Assembly: GCA_003222055.1 (NCBI GenBank)
Contig: QHUT01000056.1
Span: 114 to 64,113 of the forward strand
Direction: 5' to 3'
Length of the DNA stretch: 64,000 nt
From: Gemmatimonadota bacterium
GTDB taxonomy: Bacteria; Gemmatimonadota; Gemmatimonadetes; Gemmatimonadales; GWC2-71-9
Shown here: positions 1-8,713 of the stretch, in pieces
Numbering within the stretch: position 1 is the stretch's first letter
How the letters are laid out: every line of letters starts with the position of its first letter
Program-made: the position numbers and the translations under genes
Notes under the pieces: model-generated
Told to the model about the DNA's origin: nothing
Databases searched by the model: none
The model's input: the letters and a program-made list of their open reading frames with translations, nothing else

Positions 1-1363
1 CGCTCGGGAGCACCAGCACCGTGTCGCGCTCGGTCAGTCCGCTCGTCACCTCGATGTAGTCCTGGTCGGTGAGCCCGGTCTTGATCGGCGCTACCATGAG
101 CTTCCCGTCCCGCAAGGCGAACACGACGTAGTTCGGATTGTTCCGGCTCTGGCGCTGCTGCCGGAACTTGGGTCTCGGCGCCCGGCCGAACACGCTGCCG
201 AGCAGGCCGCGGTCCGCCGCGGTCGGCTCGCTACCACTGCGCATCCGCTTGAGGACCGCCTGGAACTGCTCGGGCGTCACACCCGGCGGGAGCGTGACGG
301 TGCGGCCGTTGGGCAGTGTGACGGTTTGCGCGCCGCCCCCCCCGGCCGCTCCCTCGCCGGCGGCGGCCGTGTCGCGCCCGGCCCGCCCCGCGCTGTCCGC
401 GGCCTGGGCGGCGGCGAGCTGCTGCGCCACCGTGAGCGAATCGAGCCCCAGCAGGCCGGCGGCGGAGCCGACGTCGCGCGGCGTCCGCAGCGCGGCGTTG
501 GGTACGGCCAGCACACCCTGCCGCTGACCCGTGGGGATCCGTACCTCGGTGTTCATGCCCGGCCGGAGCAGGTGTGCGGGGTTGGAAACGGCGATGAGCA
601 CCGGGAACATGGTGACGTTCTGCACGACCTGTCCCTGCGGCAGGATCTTCGCCACGGTGCCCTGGAACGGGTGGTTGGGATACGCGTCCACGTTGACGGT
701 GGCCGGCATCCCCGCCTGCACCCGGGCGACATCCGTCTCGGCAACGAGCGCTGAATCCTGGACGCTGTCGAGGCTCGCCATCTTGAGAATGACGGTCCCG
801 CCGCCCAGCGTGGGGCTCGAGATCACCGTGCCGCGCACCGCGTCGAGCTCGAGCACGGTGCCCGAGATCGGCGCGCGTACGCGGGTGTCCTCCATCGCGT
901 CCTTGGCGGTCTGCAGGTTCGCCTCGGCGTCCACGGCGGCGGCGTTGGCCGTGGCGAACGCGAGCTTGGCCCGCTCGTAGTCCGTTTCGGCGAGGGACCC
1001 GCTCTTGAGCAGCGCCTCGCTGCGCGTGAGCTGCGCCTTGGCGTTGTCGACCTGCGCGTGGGCCTTTCCGACGCTCGCCTGCGCCTGGACGAGGTTGTTC
1101 TGCGGCAGGCGCGGGTCGATGGTGGTGAGGAGCTGGCCCTTGTTGACTTCGTCCCCGGTCACGACCGGTTGACCGACGATTTCGCCCCAGGCCTTCGACT
1201 TCACGCTGAACAGCAGCACCGGCCGGATCAGGCCCTGGCTGATCACCGTGACCACCACGTCGCGGCGCTCGACGGGGACCTTCTCGTAGAGCGGCGCGGT
1301 CTGTGCCTTCTCGCAGGCGAGGGCGAGCACCACGCACGCGGCGGCTGCGAAGCGACAGCTCAC
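1..1363 (-). CDS. Efflux periplasmic adaptor, HlyD/MacA family (3' end runs off the window)
   Basis: Absent from the ORF track because it has no stop codon in the window. My translation of the minus strand from GTG 1363..1361 gives [19 protein letters not shown] (lipoprotein-like N-terminus). It continues with [42 protein letters not shown] (coiled-coil hairpin), [15 protein letters not shown] and [23 protein letters not shown]. Third positions are strongly G/C in this frame. The GTG overlaps the stop of the upstream ABC gene (GTGA). The track ORF 231..1337(-) is an Arg-rich shadow frame. Confidence 0.85.
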   Translation of the reverse strand, partial: MSCRFAAAACVVLALACEKAQTAPLYEKVPVERRDVVVTVISQGLIRPVLLFSVKSKAWGEIVGQPVVTGDEVNKGQLLTTIDPRLPQNNLVQAQASVGKAHAQVDNAKAQLTRSEALLKSGSLAETDYERAKLAFATANAAAVDAEANLQTAKDAMEDTRVRAPISGTVLELDAVRGTVISSPTLGGGTVILKMASLDSVQDSALVAETDVARVQAGMPATVNVDAYPNHPFQGTVAKILPQGQVVQNVTMFPVLIAVSNPAHLLRPGMNTEVRIPTGQRQGVLAVPNAALRTPRDVGSAAGLLGLDSLTVAQQLAAAQAADSAGRAGRDTAAAGEGAAGGGGAQTVTLPNGRTVTLPPGVTPEQFQAVLKRMRSGSEPTAADRGLLGSVFGRAPRPKFRQQRQSRNNPNYVVFALRDGKLMVAPIKTGLTDQDYIEVTSGLTERDTVLVLPS

Positions 1364-2106
1364 GTCGTCACCCGCTCCATCTTCTCGTCGCGCGCGATAA
1401 GGCCGTCGCGCAAATGGATCTGGCGCAGCGCGTGGGCAGCGATGTCGGACTCGTGCGTGACCAGCACGATGGTCTGACCGGCATCGTGCAGCTGCTCGAA
1501 CAGCTTCATGATTTCCGCGCCCGTGGCCGAGTCGAGATTGCCCGTGGGCTCGTCGGCGAGCAGGATCGACGGGTCGTTCACGAGGGCGCGCGCAATCGCG
1601 ACGCGTTGGCGCTGACCCCCCGACAGCTCGTTGGGGCGGTGCTCCATGCGGTCGCCGAGGCCCACGTGGTGGAGCGCCTGCGCGGCCTTTTCGCGCCGCT
1701 CGCGCGCGGGCAGCCCCGCGTAGATCAGCGGCAGCTCCACGTTGTGCAGGGCGCTCGCCCGGGGGAGCAGGTTGAACGTCTGGAACACGAACCCGATCTC
1801 TTTGTTGCGAATCCGGGCCAACTCGTCGTCCGACAAATCGCTCACCTTCTGACTGTTGAGCCAGTATTCTCCCGCGGTCGGCGTGTCGAGGCAGCCGATC
1901 AGGTTCATGAGCGTGGACTTTCCCGAGCCCGAGGGGCCCATGATGGCCACGAACTCGTTCCGCTTGATCTGGATGTTCACGCCGCGCAGCGCGTGCACGA
2001 CCTCGCCCCCCATGTCGTAGTCACGACTCAGCTTGTGCGTGAGGATCACGACGTCGGGCAGCGGCGTGTCGCCGGTGCGGAAGGCGGTCAGCTCGACGCT
2101 CGTCAC
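1360..2106 (-). CDS. ABC transporter ATP-binding protein, MacB/LolD type (no fused permease)
   Basis: 248 aa. Walker [10 protein letters not shown], signature [15 protein letters not shown], Walker [13 protein letters not shown]. The GTG start overlaps the TolC-like stop (GTGA). Confidence 0.95.
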   Translation of the reverse strand: MTSVELTAFRTGDTPLPDVVILTHKLSRDYDMGGEVVHALRGVNIQIKRNEFVAIMGPSGSGKSTLMNLIGCLDTPTAGEYWLNSQKVSDLSDDELARIRNKEIGFVFQTFNLLPRASALHNVELPLIYAGLPARERREKAAQALHHVGLGDRMEHRPNELSGGQRQRVAIARALVNDPSILLADEPTGNLDSATGAEIMKLFEQLHDAGQTIVLVTHESDIAAHALRQIHLRDGLIARDEKMERVTT

Positions 2107-3425
2107 AGGGTGTGCCCCACGATCGCCTCGAGCTGCGCCCGGGCGATGAGATAGGTGTAGCGGGCCTGCACCTGACTCACGGCGGCCTGCGTGAGGTTGG
2201 CCTGAGCAGTGAGCAGGTCGAGCAGCGTGCCCGCGCCGAGGCGGTAGCGCTCCTGCTGGACGCGGACGGCCTCAGTGGCGGCGGCGACGTCCGCGCCGGC
2301 GATGGCGATCTGGGCCCAGGACGTGAACAGGGCGGCGAGCTGCTGCGTGTACTGGGCATTCACTTGCAGGCGCGTATCGGCCGCCTGGGCCCGGGCAACG
2401 TCATGCGCGACGCTCGCTGCGACCTGGGACTGTTCCCGGGAAAAGCCGTTGAAGAGCGTCCACGACAGACCGAACCGCCAGGAGAAGGTCTCCGGATAGT
2501 TATTGAGCAATGGCAGCTGGGGAGACTGGGTCCCGGTTCGGTTGTTGTTATACGACAATGTCACGGTCGGCCAGTATTGCCCGCGTGTGCTCCACAGTTG
2601 GGCGCTGGTGACGCTCGCCTGCGCTTCGGCCTGCCGTACGAGAGGCGCGGCCTGGAGCACCGAAGCGCGCAGCGTGGTCGTGTCCGGAAGCGGCGGCAAC
2701 GCCGAGTCGGGCACGGCGCGCACCAGCTGGTCCACCCCGATCTGGCGCCCGAGGTTCGCCTCGGCTGTCGCCAGGTTGGCCTGGGCCTGGAGCGCCGCGA
2801 GCAGCGCATTTCCGAGGTCGACCGTGGCCGTGAGCGTGTCGGAGCGCGTGGCGGCGCCCGCCTGGAACTTGTTGACCGCGGTCTGCAGCTCCGCCCTGGC
2901 GCGCTCTACTTGCGCTTGGGCGACGCGCACCAGCTCCTCATTCGCGAGTGCCGTGAAGAACACCTGGGCGGTCGTCGCGGCCACCTGATAGCGCTGGTTC
3001 ACGAACCCGGCCTCTGCGGCGTCCGCCGTGGCGGAGGCGACCCGCAGGTTGGCAAATCGGCTGAACCCGTCGAACAGGACGATGTTCGCGTTCAGCCCAC
3101 CGGAGTACGAATAGACCGGGGGCAGGCGCGACGTGTCCCCGGGCACGAAAGTCGCGTTGTTGCTCCGGAACGCGGACGCACTGGTAGTCACGGTCGGCAG
3201 GAACGCCCCCCAGGCGCTGCGCCCGCTCGCGCCGGCGTTGCGCTGAGTGCCCCGCGCCTGCACCATCGCCGGCTGCACGTCGAGCGCCCGCCGGACCGCC
3301 TCCTGCAGCGTGACTTGAAGCGGCGCTTGCGGCACAACGGGCGCTTGTTGTGCCGCGAGCTCCGTCGCGACGATCGCCGACACGACTGCCGCGACGATTC
3401 CGTGCCCCCGCATTACGCCCGTCAT
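2103..3425 (-). CDS. TolC-family outer membrane efflux protein
   Basis: Track ORF 2103..3587. I set the start at ATG 3425 ([27 protein letters not shown], signal-like) because it overlaps the upstream stop as ATGA. The sequence has the internally duplicated outer-membrane-factor pattern ([13 protein letters not shown] ... [17 protein letters not shown]). Confidence 0.85.
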   Translation of the reverse strand: MTGVMRGHGIVAAVVSAIVATELAAQQAPVVPQAPLQVTLQEAVRRALDVQPAMVQARGTQRNAGASGRSAWGAFLPTVTTSASAFRSNNATFVPGDTSRLPPVYSYSGGLNANIVLFDGFSRFANLRVASATADAAEAGFVNQRYQVAATTAQVFFTALANEELVRVAQAQVERARAELQTAVNKFQAGAATRSDTLTATVDLGNALLAALQAQANLATAEANLGRQIGVDQLVRAVPDSALPPLPDTTTLRASVLQAAPLVRQAEAQASVTSAQLWSTRGQYWPTVTLSYNNNRTGTQSPQLPLLNNYPETFSWRFGLSWTLFNGFSREQSQVAASVAHDVARAQAADTRLQVNAQYTQQLAALFTSWAQIAIAGADVAAATEAVRVQQERYRLGAGTLLDLLTAQANLTQAAVSQVQARYTYLIARAQLEAIVGHTL

Positions 3426-3829
3426 TTCGTCCGTCCGCCCGAATCGCTCTTGGCCCGCTCCCTTTGATGCCGATGCCGGGCAATAAGGTCGCGGTAGATC
3501 GCCTGCTGGTCGGGGGTGAGCTGGCGCGACACGTCGGAATCCATGGCGGCCCGCAGCGTGTCGAACCGGGGTCGCACCCTCTCCCACGACTCGCTTATGC
3601 GTGTGTAGTGGCGCAGCAGGATGGTATGCACGGAGTCATGCTGCACCGGTGTGAGACGCAGGTCGCGGTCCAGCTCGCTCATCAGGCGGTCGACCCCGCG
3701 ACCCCGCCCGGGGGCGGCGGCGGACGCGTAGCGGATCCACAGCGCCCGGCTGCCGACGCCGACGGCGACGCCGGCCGCGAACGTCGCGGCCAGGAGGGCC
3801 GCGGCCCAGGCAGTGGAGCGGGTCGGCAT
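3422..3829 (-). CDS. Periplasmic LTXXQ-motif protein (CpxP/Spy/ZraP/CnrX-like sensor or chaperone)
   Basis: 135 aa with an N-terminal hydrophobic anchor or signal. Two LTPxQ motifs (LRLTPVQ, QLTPDQQ) sit in a helical, charged body. It lies directly after the sigma/anti-sigma pair. Confidence 0.7.
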   Translation of the reverse strand: MPTRSTAWAAALLAATFAAGVAVGVGSRALWIRYASAAAPGRGRGVDRLMSELDRDLRLTPVQHDSVHTILLRHYTRISESWERVRPRFDTLRAAMDSDVSRQLTPDQQAIYRDLIARHRHQRERAKSDSGGRTK

Positions 3830-3845
3830 GGCGGCGTCTCCCCGA

Positions 3846-4178
3846 CTAGTTGCCGATCACGGAGGCGAGCACGATCTCGACCTCGCCGGGGTGCGCCGGG
3901 GGCGCCATCAACGCGTCGTACACCGACGGCTGCGGGGCGGGCGCCACGGTGGCGCGCCCCACCAGGTAGCCGGCGGCGAGCGCCACGAGGACGGCGGCGG
4001 CGACGCCGGTGCGCGCCCAGCGCGCCAGCACCGCGTCCCACGAGGCGACGCGCGCCTCGGCGGCGCGCGCCAGCACGCGCGCGACGAACGACGCGGTGTC
4101 ACCCGGGTCCAGCGCCCGTCGCAGCTCCTCCCCGAGCACTGTATCGGGTCGGTGATCGAACGGCAGCGGCTCCCTCAT
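3846..4178 (-). CDS. Putative membrane anti-sigma factor (positional call)
   Basis: Track ORF 3846..4193. ATG 4178 overlaps the sigma stop (ATGA). About 110 aa with one central TM helix (GVAAAVLVALAAGYLVG). There is no zf-HC2 motif, so the function is inferred from position only. Confidence 0.55.
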   Translation of the reverse strand: MREPLPFDHRPDTVLGEELRRALDPGDTASFVARVLARAAEARVASWDAVLARWARTGVAAAVLVALAAGYLVGRATVAPAPQPSVYDALMAPPAHPGEVEIVLASVIGN

Positions 4179-4759
4179 ACCTCCTCCTTCCAATCCGCGA
4201 GCAGCGCGCGCAGCCGGCGCCGCGCGTGAAACACTTCCGATCGCACGGTCCCCTCCGGGATACCGAGCACCGCTGCGATCTCGGCGTGCGAGTACCCCTC
4301 CACGTCGAACAGCACGACGGCGACGCGCCGCCGCTCGGGCAGCTCAGCCAGCGCCTGCCGCAGCCGCTCGCCCAGCGCCCGCCGCTCGGCCGTCGTGTCG
4401 GGCCGGGGGCCGCCGGCGGTGAGCCCCGCGTCGAGCGGCTCGACGCGCCGCACCGTGCGACGGCGGCGGCGATCGGTCGCGGCGTTGGCGACGATGCGCA
4501 GCAACCAGGGACCGAACGGCCGCCGCGCGTCGTACTGGTCGAGCTTCACGAGGGCCGACAGCATGGCGTCCTGCGCCGCGTCGTCCGCGTCTTCGGGGTT
4601 GCCCAGCACCGCCCGGGCCACCCGACGCGCCACGCCCGCGTATCGCTCCACCAGGACGCCGAAGGCCGCGCGGTCGCCCGCGGCCGCTCGGACCACCAGG
4701 TCCGCCTCGTCCTGCTGAGCTATACGCGCAGCCCGCTGGGGGGGTTGGGGATCAGCCAT
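4175..4759 (-). CDS. ECF-type RNA polymerase sigma-70 factor
   Basis: Region 2 (DAAQDAMLSALVKLDQYD, FGPWLLRIVAN) and region 4 HTH (GYSHAEIAAVLGIPEGTVRSEVFHARRRL). I set the start at ATG 4759 (MADPQPP), 5 nt after the PLD stop. The track start at 4795 would overlap the PLD gene. Confidence 0.9.
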   Translation of the reverse strand: MADPQPPQRAARIAQQDEADLVVRAAAGDRAAFGVLVERYAGVARRVARAVLGNPEDADDAAQDAMLSALVKLDQYDARRPFGPWLLRIVANAATDRRRRRTVRRVEPLDAGLTAGGPRPDTTAERRALGERLRQALAELPERRRVAVVLFDVEGYSHAEIAAVLGIPEGTVRSEVFHARRRLRALLADWKEEV

Positions 4760-6194
4760 CGTCCGCGTCCCGGGCGCGGCGCCGCTCGAAGGCATACCAC
4801 CCGAACGCCAGGGCCAGCGTGAACGCTCCCGCGGCGAGCACGCCGGCCATGACGCGGGGGAAGGCGACGAGCAGGATGCCGACGCCGGCGCAGGCGAGCG
4901 CGGCGGTGGATGCGATGGCGCGACGCAGCCCGCCGGCCACGCGGCGCAACGCCACCACCGCGACGGCGCCGAGCTCGTATCCCGAGCGCTTGTGCGGCAC
5001 GTCGCCGGCGGGCTCGCTCTGCGCCGGGGCGCCCACGAGCCGGGGCGGCAGCTTCAGCCGGCGAGCCTGCAGCACGATCTCACGGCTGGAGGCGAGATCG
5101 CGCCGGAATTGGTTGGCCAGCTCGCCCGTCAGCGCCTCGCACTCGGCCGCGAGGTCGAGCTCGTAGTTCGTGAGCAGGCTCGAGACGTTCAGGTTGCTCG
5201 AGCCGACGCGGGCCCAGCGGCGGTCCACGAGGATCGTCTTCGCGTGGATCATCGGACCCTGGTACTCGAACACGCGCACGCCGGCGCGCAGCAGCTCGCG
5301 ATAGCCGACACGCGTGAAATTGCGCAGGATGGGGAGGTCGCTCGCGCCCGGCACGAGCAGCCGCACGTCCACGCCGCTCCGCGCCGCATCGATCAGGCTG
5401 GCGTACAGTGGCGCGGGCGCGATCAAGTAGGCGTCGGTGATCCACAGCCGCTCCGCGGCGCTCGCGACGAGCAACTGGACGGTGCGGTACACGCGGGCCC
5501 GGCCCGGCATGCCCTCGACTACCCGCACGATGGAGCTGCCGCACGGCGCCGGGTCGGGCGCGAGCTCCTCGGGCGGGAGCGCCGGCCCGGCGCGGCTCCA
5601 GATGCGGGCGAAGGCGCCGTCCAGCGCGGCGGCCGCCGGCCCGGCGACGGCGACCATGGTGTCGCGCCACGGCCGGCGCCCGCGGGCCGGATCTCCCGCC
5701 CACTCGTCGCCGATGCACAGCCCGCCGATCATCGCCCACCCACCGTCGGTGGCGAGCAGCTTGCGGTGGTCGCGCTGCAGCAGCTCGAACAGGCGCGGCG
5801 CGAGCAGCGGATGAAACGCGCGTACCTCCGCACCGGCCTGCCGCAGCCCGCGCCAGTAGCGATGCGACGTCCCGAGCGAGCCGAGCGCGTCATACAGCAC
5901 GCGCACCCGCACGCCCGCGCGCGCCCGCTCGGCGAGGGCGTCCGCGAAGCGGCGGCCCGTGGCGTCGTCGCGGATGATGTAATTCTCGAAGTGGATGGTG
6001 GCGCGTGCCGCGGCGATCGCGGCCACCATGGCATCGAGCGCGCGCGGGCTGTCGGGGTAATGCTCGAGACGGTTCCCCCCGATCGGCCGGGCGCCGGCGG
6101 CGCGGTCGATCGCACGGCTCAGCTCGTCCGGCGGTGCGGACGCGCCCCGATCGACGGGGTGTTGGGCGGCCGCCACCCTCGGTGAGGCGCTCAC
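4752..6194 (-). CDS. Phospholipase D / cardiolipin synthase-like protein with C-terminal membrane helices
   Basis: Lower part of track ORF 4752..6809. Two HKD motifs (HRKLLATDGG and HAKTILVDRRWARVGSSNLN). GTG 6194 overlaps the HD-gene stop (GTGA). The last ~70 aa contain two hydrophobic helices (ALACAGVGILLVAF, VLAAGAFTLALAFGWYAF). Confidence 0.85.
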   Translation of the reverse strand: MSASPRVAAAQHPVDRGASAPPDELSRAIDRAAGARPIGGNRLEHYPDSPRALDAMVAAIAAARATIHFENYIIRDDATGRRFADALAERARAGVRVRVLYDALGSLGTSHRYWRGLRQAGAEVRAFHPLLAPRLFELLQRDHRKLLATDGGWAMIGGLCIGDEWAGDPARGRRPWRDTMVAVAGPAAAALDGAFARIWSRAGPALPPEELAPDPAPCGSSIVRVVEGMPGRARVYRTVQLLVASAAERLWITDAYLIAPAPLYASLIDAARSGVDVRLLVPGASDLPILRNFTRVGYRELLRAGVRVFEYQGPMIHAKTILVDRRWARVGSSNLNVSSLLTNYELDLAAECEALTGELANQFRRDLASSREIVLQARRLKLPPRLVGAPAQSEPAGDVPHKRSGYELGAVAVVALRRVAGGLRRAIASTAALACAGVGILLVAFPRVMAGVLAAGAFTLALAFGWYAFERRRARDADDG

Positions 6195-6781
6195 CCCACG
6201 GGGGCGGCTGCGGCGCCCAGGCCGAGCGCGCCTTCCACCGGCCGGAGCGCCTGGATGACGAAGGCGATGTGCTCGTCGAGCGGCACTCCCAGCTCTTCCG
6301 CGCCCTGGCGCACCTCGTCGCGGCTCACGCCCTTCGCGAACGCCTTGTCCTTGAGCTTCTTCTTCACCGACGACACCTCGAGATCCGCGAAGCTCCGGGA
6401 GGGCCGCACCAGCGCGCACGCCACCAGGAATCCGCACAGCTCGTCCACCGCGAACAGCGCCTTCGCGAGCGGCGTGTCGCGCGGCACGCCGGTGTAGTTC
6501 CCATGCCCGAGAATCGCACGGCACATCGCCTCGGGCACGCCCCGCTCCCGCAGCAGGCGCACGCCCCAGGCCGGGTGGCCCTCCGTGGGTGAGTGCTCGG
6601 GATTGGGGAACTTCTCGTAGTCGAAGTCGTGCAGCAGCCCCACGATTCCCCACGTGTCGGGATCCTCGCCGTGCCGCTGCGCGTAGGCGCGCATCGCCGC
6701 CTCGACGGCCAGCATGTGCTGGCGCAACGAGGCGGACTGCGTGTGCTCCTGCATCAGCTGCAAGGCTTCTGCGCGGGTCAT
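6191..6781 (-). CDS. HD-superfamily metal-dependent phosphohydrolase
   Basis: 196 aa. H...HD...H pattern (LRQHMLAVE, GLLHDFDYEKFP, ILGHGNY). Confidence 0.85.
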   Translation of the reverse strand: MTRAEALQLMQEHTQSASLRQHMLAVEAAMRAYAQRHGEDPDTWGIVGLLHDFDYEKFPNPEHSPTEGHPAWGVRLLRERGVPEAMCRAILGHGNYTGVPRDTPLAKALFAVDELCGFLVACALVRPSRSFADLEVSSVKKKLKDKAFAKGVSRDEVRQGAEELGVPLDEHIAFVIQALRPVEGALGLGAAAAPVG

Positions 6782-6807
6782 GGTTCCAGGGTTGTGTTGT
6801 GTCGGTC

Positions 6808-6881
6808 ATCCCCGGGCTTGCGCCAGGGGTTAGTTCTCACCGCTCCTGTTTCACTGACCCCGGGCGCGAGCCCGGGGTTAC
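6808..6881. repeat. Two GC-rich palindromic (REP-like) units, same family as 29418..29470
   Basis: Unit 1 is CATCCCCGGGCTTGCGCCAGGGGTTAGT. Unit 2 is TCACTGACCCCGGGCGCGAGCCCGGGGTTAC, with a perfect 9-bp stem at 6857..6865 / 6870..6878. Unit 2 overlaps the asnB stop codon (6878..6880). Confidence 0.8.
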
Positions 6882-8713
6882 TCCAGCGCCGGCTCTGTGT
6901 CCACCTGCCACCGTTCGGCCCACAGCTCCGCCATCAGAAGCGGCCAGAGCTTGCGGGCGTGATTCCATCTTCCCGACCGGTGCTCCGCCAAGAGCCGCGC
7001 CGTGGGAGCGCCCGGGAACAGCCGCGGTGCCATGAGGTGACGCTCGGCGAGCGCCGCCAGGCCGGTGTTGAGCCAGCGCGCCACCGGCACCGACAGGCCG
7101 CGCTTGCGGCGGCGAATCACGTCGCCCGGCACCAGCCCTCGCGCCGCTTCCTTTAATATCGCCTTGGTGGTGAAGCCACGCACCTTGAGCGCCGACGGCA
7201 GGGGCAGGGCCAGCTCCATCACCTCGCGGTCCAGGTAGGGGGCGCGCGCCTCGATCGACGCGAGCATCGTCCCGCGGTCGACCTTGGCGAGCAGGTTGTC
7301 GGGCAGGTAGGAGAGGAAGTCGAGCCACAGCAGGCGGTTCAAGGACGCATCGCCGGGGAACCCGTCCAGCACACCCCTCGCCCACGCGACGGTGCGCGCG
7401 TCGGGGCCGAGCGCGCCGAACCAGGTGAGGTGCCGCTCGAGCGGCGGCAGCTCGGCCGCCGCGACCAGCTGCTTGAGGAGGAACTCGATGGTGACCTTCC
7501 CGGTCGAGGTGGGCAGGCGATTCACGAGCCAGGCGAGCGCCGAGCGTCCGGGGATGCGGCGGTACAGGCCCGCGGCTTTGTGCCCGAGGTAGGTCGGATA
7601 GCCGCCGAACAGCTCGTCGGCGCCTTCACCCGAGAGGACGACCTTGACGTGCTCGCGCGCCGCCTCGGCCAGGAGGAAGGTGGGCAGAATCGCGGGGTCG
7701 CCCAGCGGCTCGGCCAATGAGCGCGTGACGATGTCGAACGCCCGCTCGAGCGCCCGGTCGTCCGCGGTGACGACGTGGTGGACCGTGCGGATGGAATGGG
7801 TCACCGCTTCCGCGTAGCCGCTTTCATCGTACCCCGGCTCGACGAATCTCACCGAATAGGTGTGGATGCGCTCGCCCGCCATGACGCGCGCCGCGGCCGC
7901 CGCGAGCAGCGAGGAATCGAGCCCGCCGCTCGTGAACACGCCGACGGGCACGTCGGACATGAGCTCGCGTTCCACCGACGCGAGTAGCACGTCACGTAGC
8001 ACGGCGGGGCGATCGCGCGGCGACGGGGCCGCGGCCGCGGCGGCCGCATCCCAATAGCGGCGCAATGTCACACCGCTCCGATCGGCGATGAGCAGGTGCG
8101 CGGGCGGGAGCTTGGCGATCCCGGTGATCATCGTGAGCGGCGCGGGGACATACCCGAGCGCCGCGTACAGTGCGGCGGCCAGCGGATTCACGCGGCGCGG
8201 CTGATCGGGGTAGATAAGCAGCGCCTGCACCTCGGAGGCGAACCGCAGCTCGCCCGCGACCTCGGTCCAGAACAGCGGCTTCTCTCCTGCCCGGTCCCGC
8301 GCCAGGATCAACCGGCCGCGCGGATCGTCCCACACGGCGAGCCCGAACATTCCCTCGAGCTGGGCCACGGCGTCGGGGCCGAGCCGTTGATACAGCGGCA
8401 CGATCGGCTCGATGTCGCCCGACGAGCGGAACGGGTAGCCGGCGCGCGCGCATTCTTTGCGCAACGCCGGCGCGTTGTAGATCTCGCCGTTGCAGATCAT
8501 CCAGATCGTGTTATCGGGACTCTGGAACGGCTGGTCGCCGGTGGTGAGGTCCATGATCGCGAGGCGGCGGGCGCCCAGGCGGGCGCGCTCGTGGCCGACA
8601 ACGCGCTCGCCGTCGGGGCCCCGGTGCGCGAGCGCGGCGGCCATGGCGCGGAGGCAGCCCGGGTGCCTCAGGGGCGCCCCGGAGAGTGAAACGACGCCGA
8701 AGATGCCGCACAT
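6878..8713 (-). CDS. asnB: Asparagine synthase (glutamine-hydrolysing)
   Basis: Lower part of track ORF 6878..10081. It starts MCGIFGV, the N-terminal Cys nucleophile of class-II amidotransferases. Also GEIYN and the PP-loop SGGLDSS. The ATG shares one base with the upstream stop (TAATG). Confidence 0.93.
   Translation of the reverse strand: MCGIFGVVSLSGAPLRHPGCLRAMAAALAHRGPDGERVVGHERARLGARRLAIMDLTTGDQPFQSPDNTIWMICNGEIYNAPALRKECARAGYPFRSSGDIEPIVPLYQRLGPDAVAQLEGMFGLAVWDDPRGRLILARDRAGEKPLFWTEVAGELRFASEVQALLIYPDQPRRVNPLAAALYAALGYVPAPLTMITGIAKLPPAHLLIADRSGVTLRRYWDAAAAAAAPSPRDRPAVLRDVLLASVERELMSDVPVGVFTSGGLDSSLLAAAAARVMAGERIHTYSVRFVEPGYDESGYAEAVTHSIRTVHHVVTADDRALERAFDIVTRSLAEPLGDPAILPTFLLAEAAREHVKVVLSGEGADELFGGYPTYLGHKAAGLYRRIPGRSALAWLVNRLPTSTGKVTIEFLLKQLVAAAELPPLERHLTWFGALGPDARTVAWARGVLDGFPGDASLNRLLWLDFLSYLPDNLLAKVDRGTMLASIEARAPYLDREVMELALPLPSALKVRGFTTKAILKEAARGLVPGDVIRRRKRGLSVPVARWLNTGLAALAERHLMAPRLFPGAPTARLLAEHRSGRWNHARKLWPLLMAELWAERWQVDTEPALE

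Noticed and set aside
231-1337. 368-aa minus-strand ORF ([11 protein letters not shown]...) and the plus-strand ORFs at 138..527, 326..754, 531..980 and 1058..1477.
   Set aside because: The translations are Arg/Pro/Gly-rich and low complexity, with no motifs. A different minus-strand frame over the same DNA gives a clean HlyD/MacA adaptor sequence with strong G/C third positions. These are shadow frames typical of high-GC DNA.
2112-4822. Long plus-strand ORFs 2112..3467 (451 aa) and 3350..4822 (490 aa), antisense to the TolC-like, LTXXQ, anti-sigma and sigma genes.
   Set aside because: They have no recognisable domains and extreme Arg/Pro content. They lie entirely opposite well-supported genes.
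4752-6194. The PLD-family protein considered as a Nuc-like nuclease or defence effector.
   Set aside because: It has duplicated HKD motifs in one ~480-aa chain, membrane helices and cardiolipin-synthase-like spacing. There are no neighbouring defence-type genes such as helicases, methylases or ATPases.
4752-6809. A single 685-aa ORF spanning the PLD and HD regions.
   Set aside because: Only the C-terminal 481 aa (from GTG 6194) look like a PLD-family protein. The N-terminal part is an out-of-frame reading of the well-supported HD gene (6191..6781).
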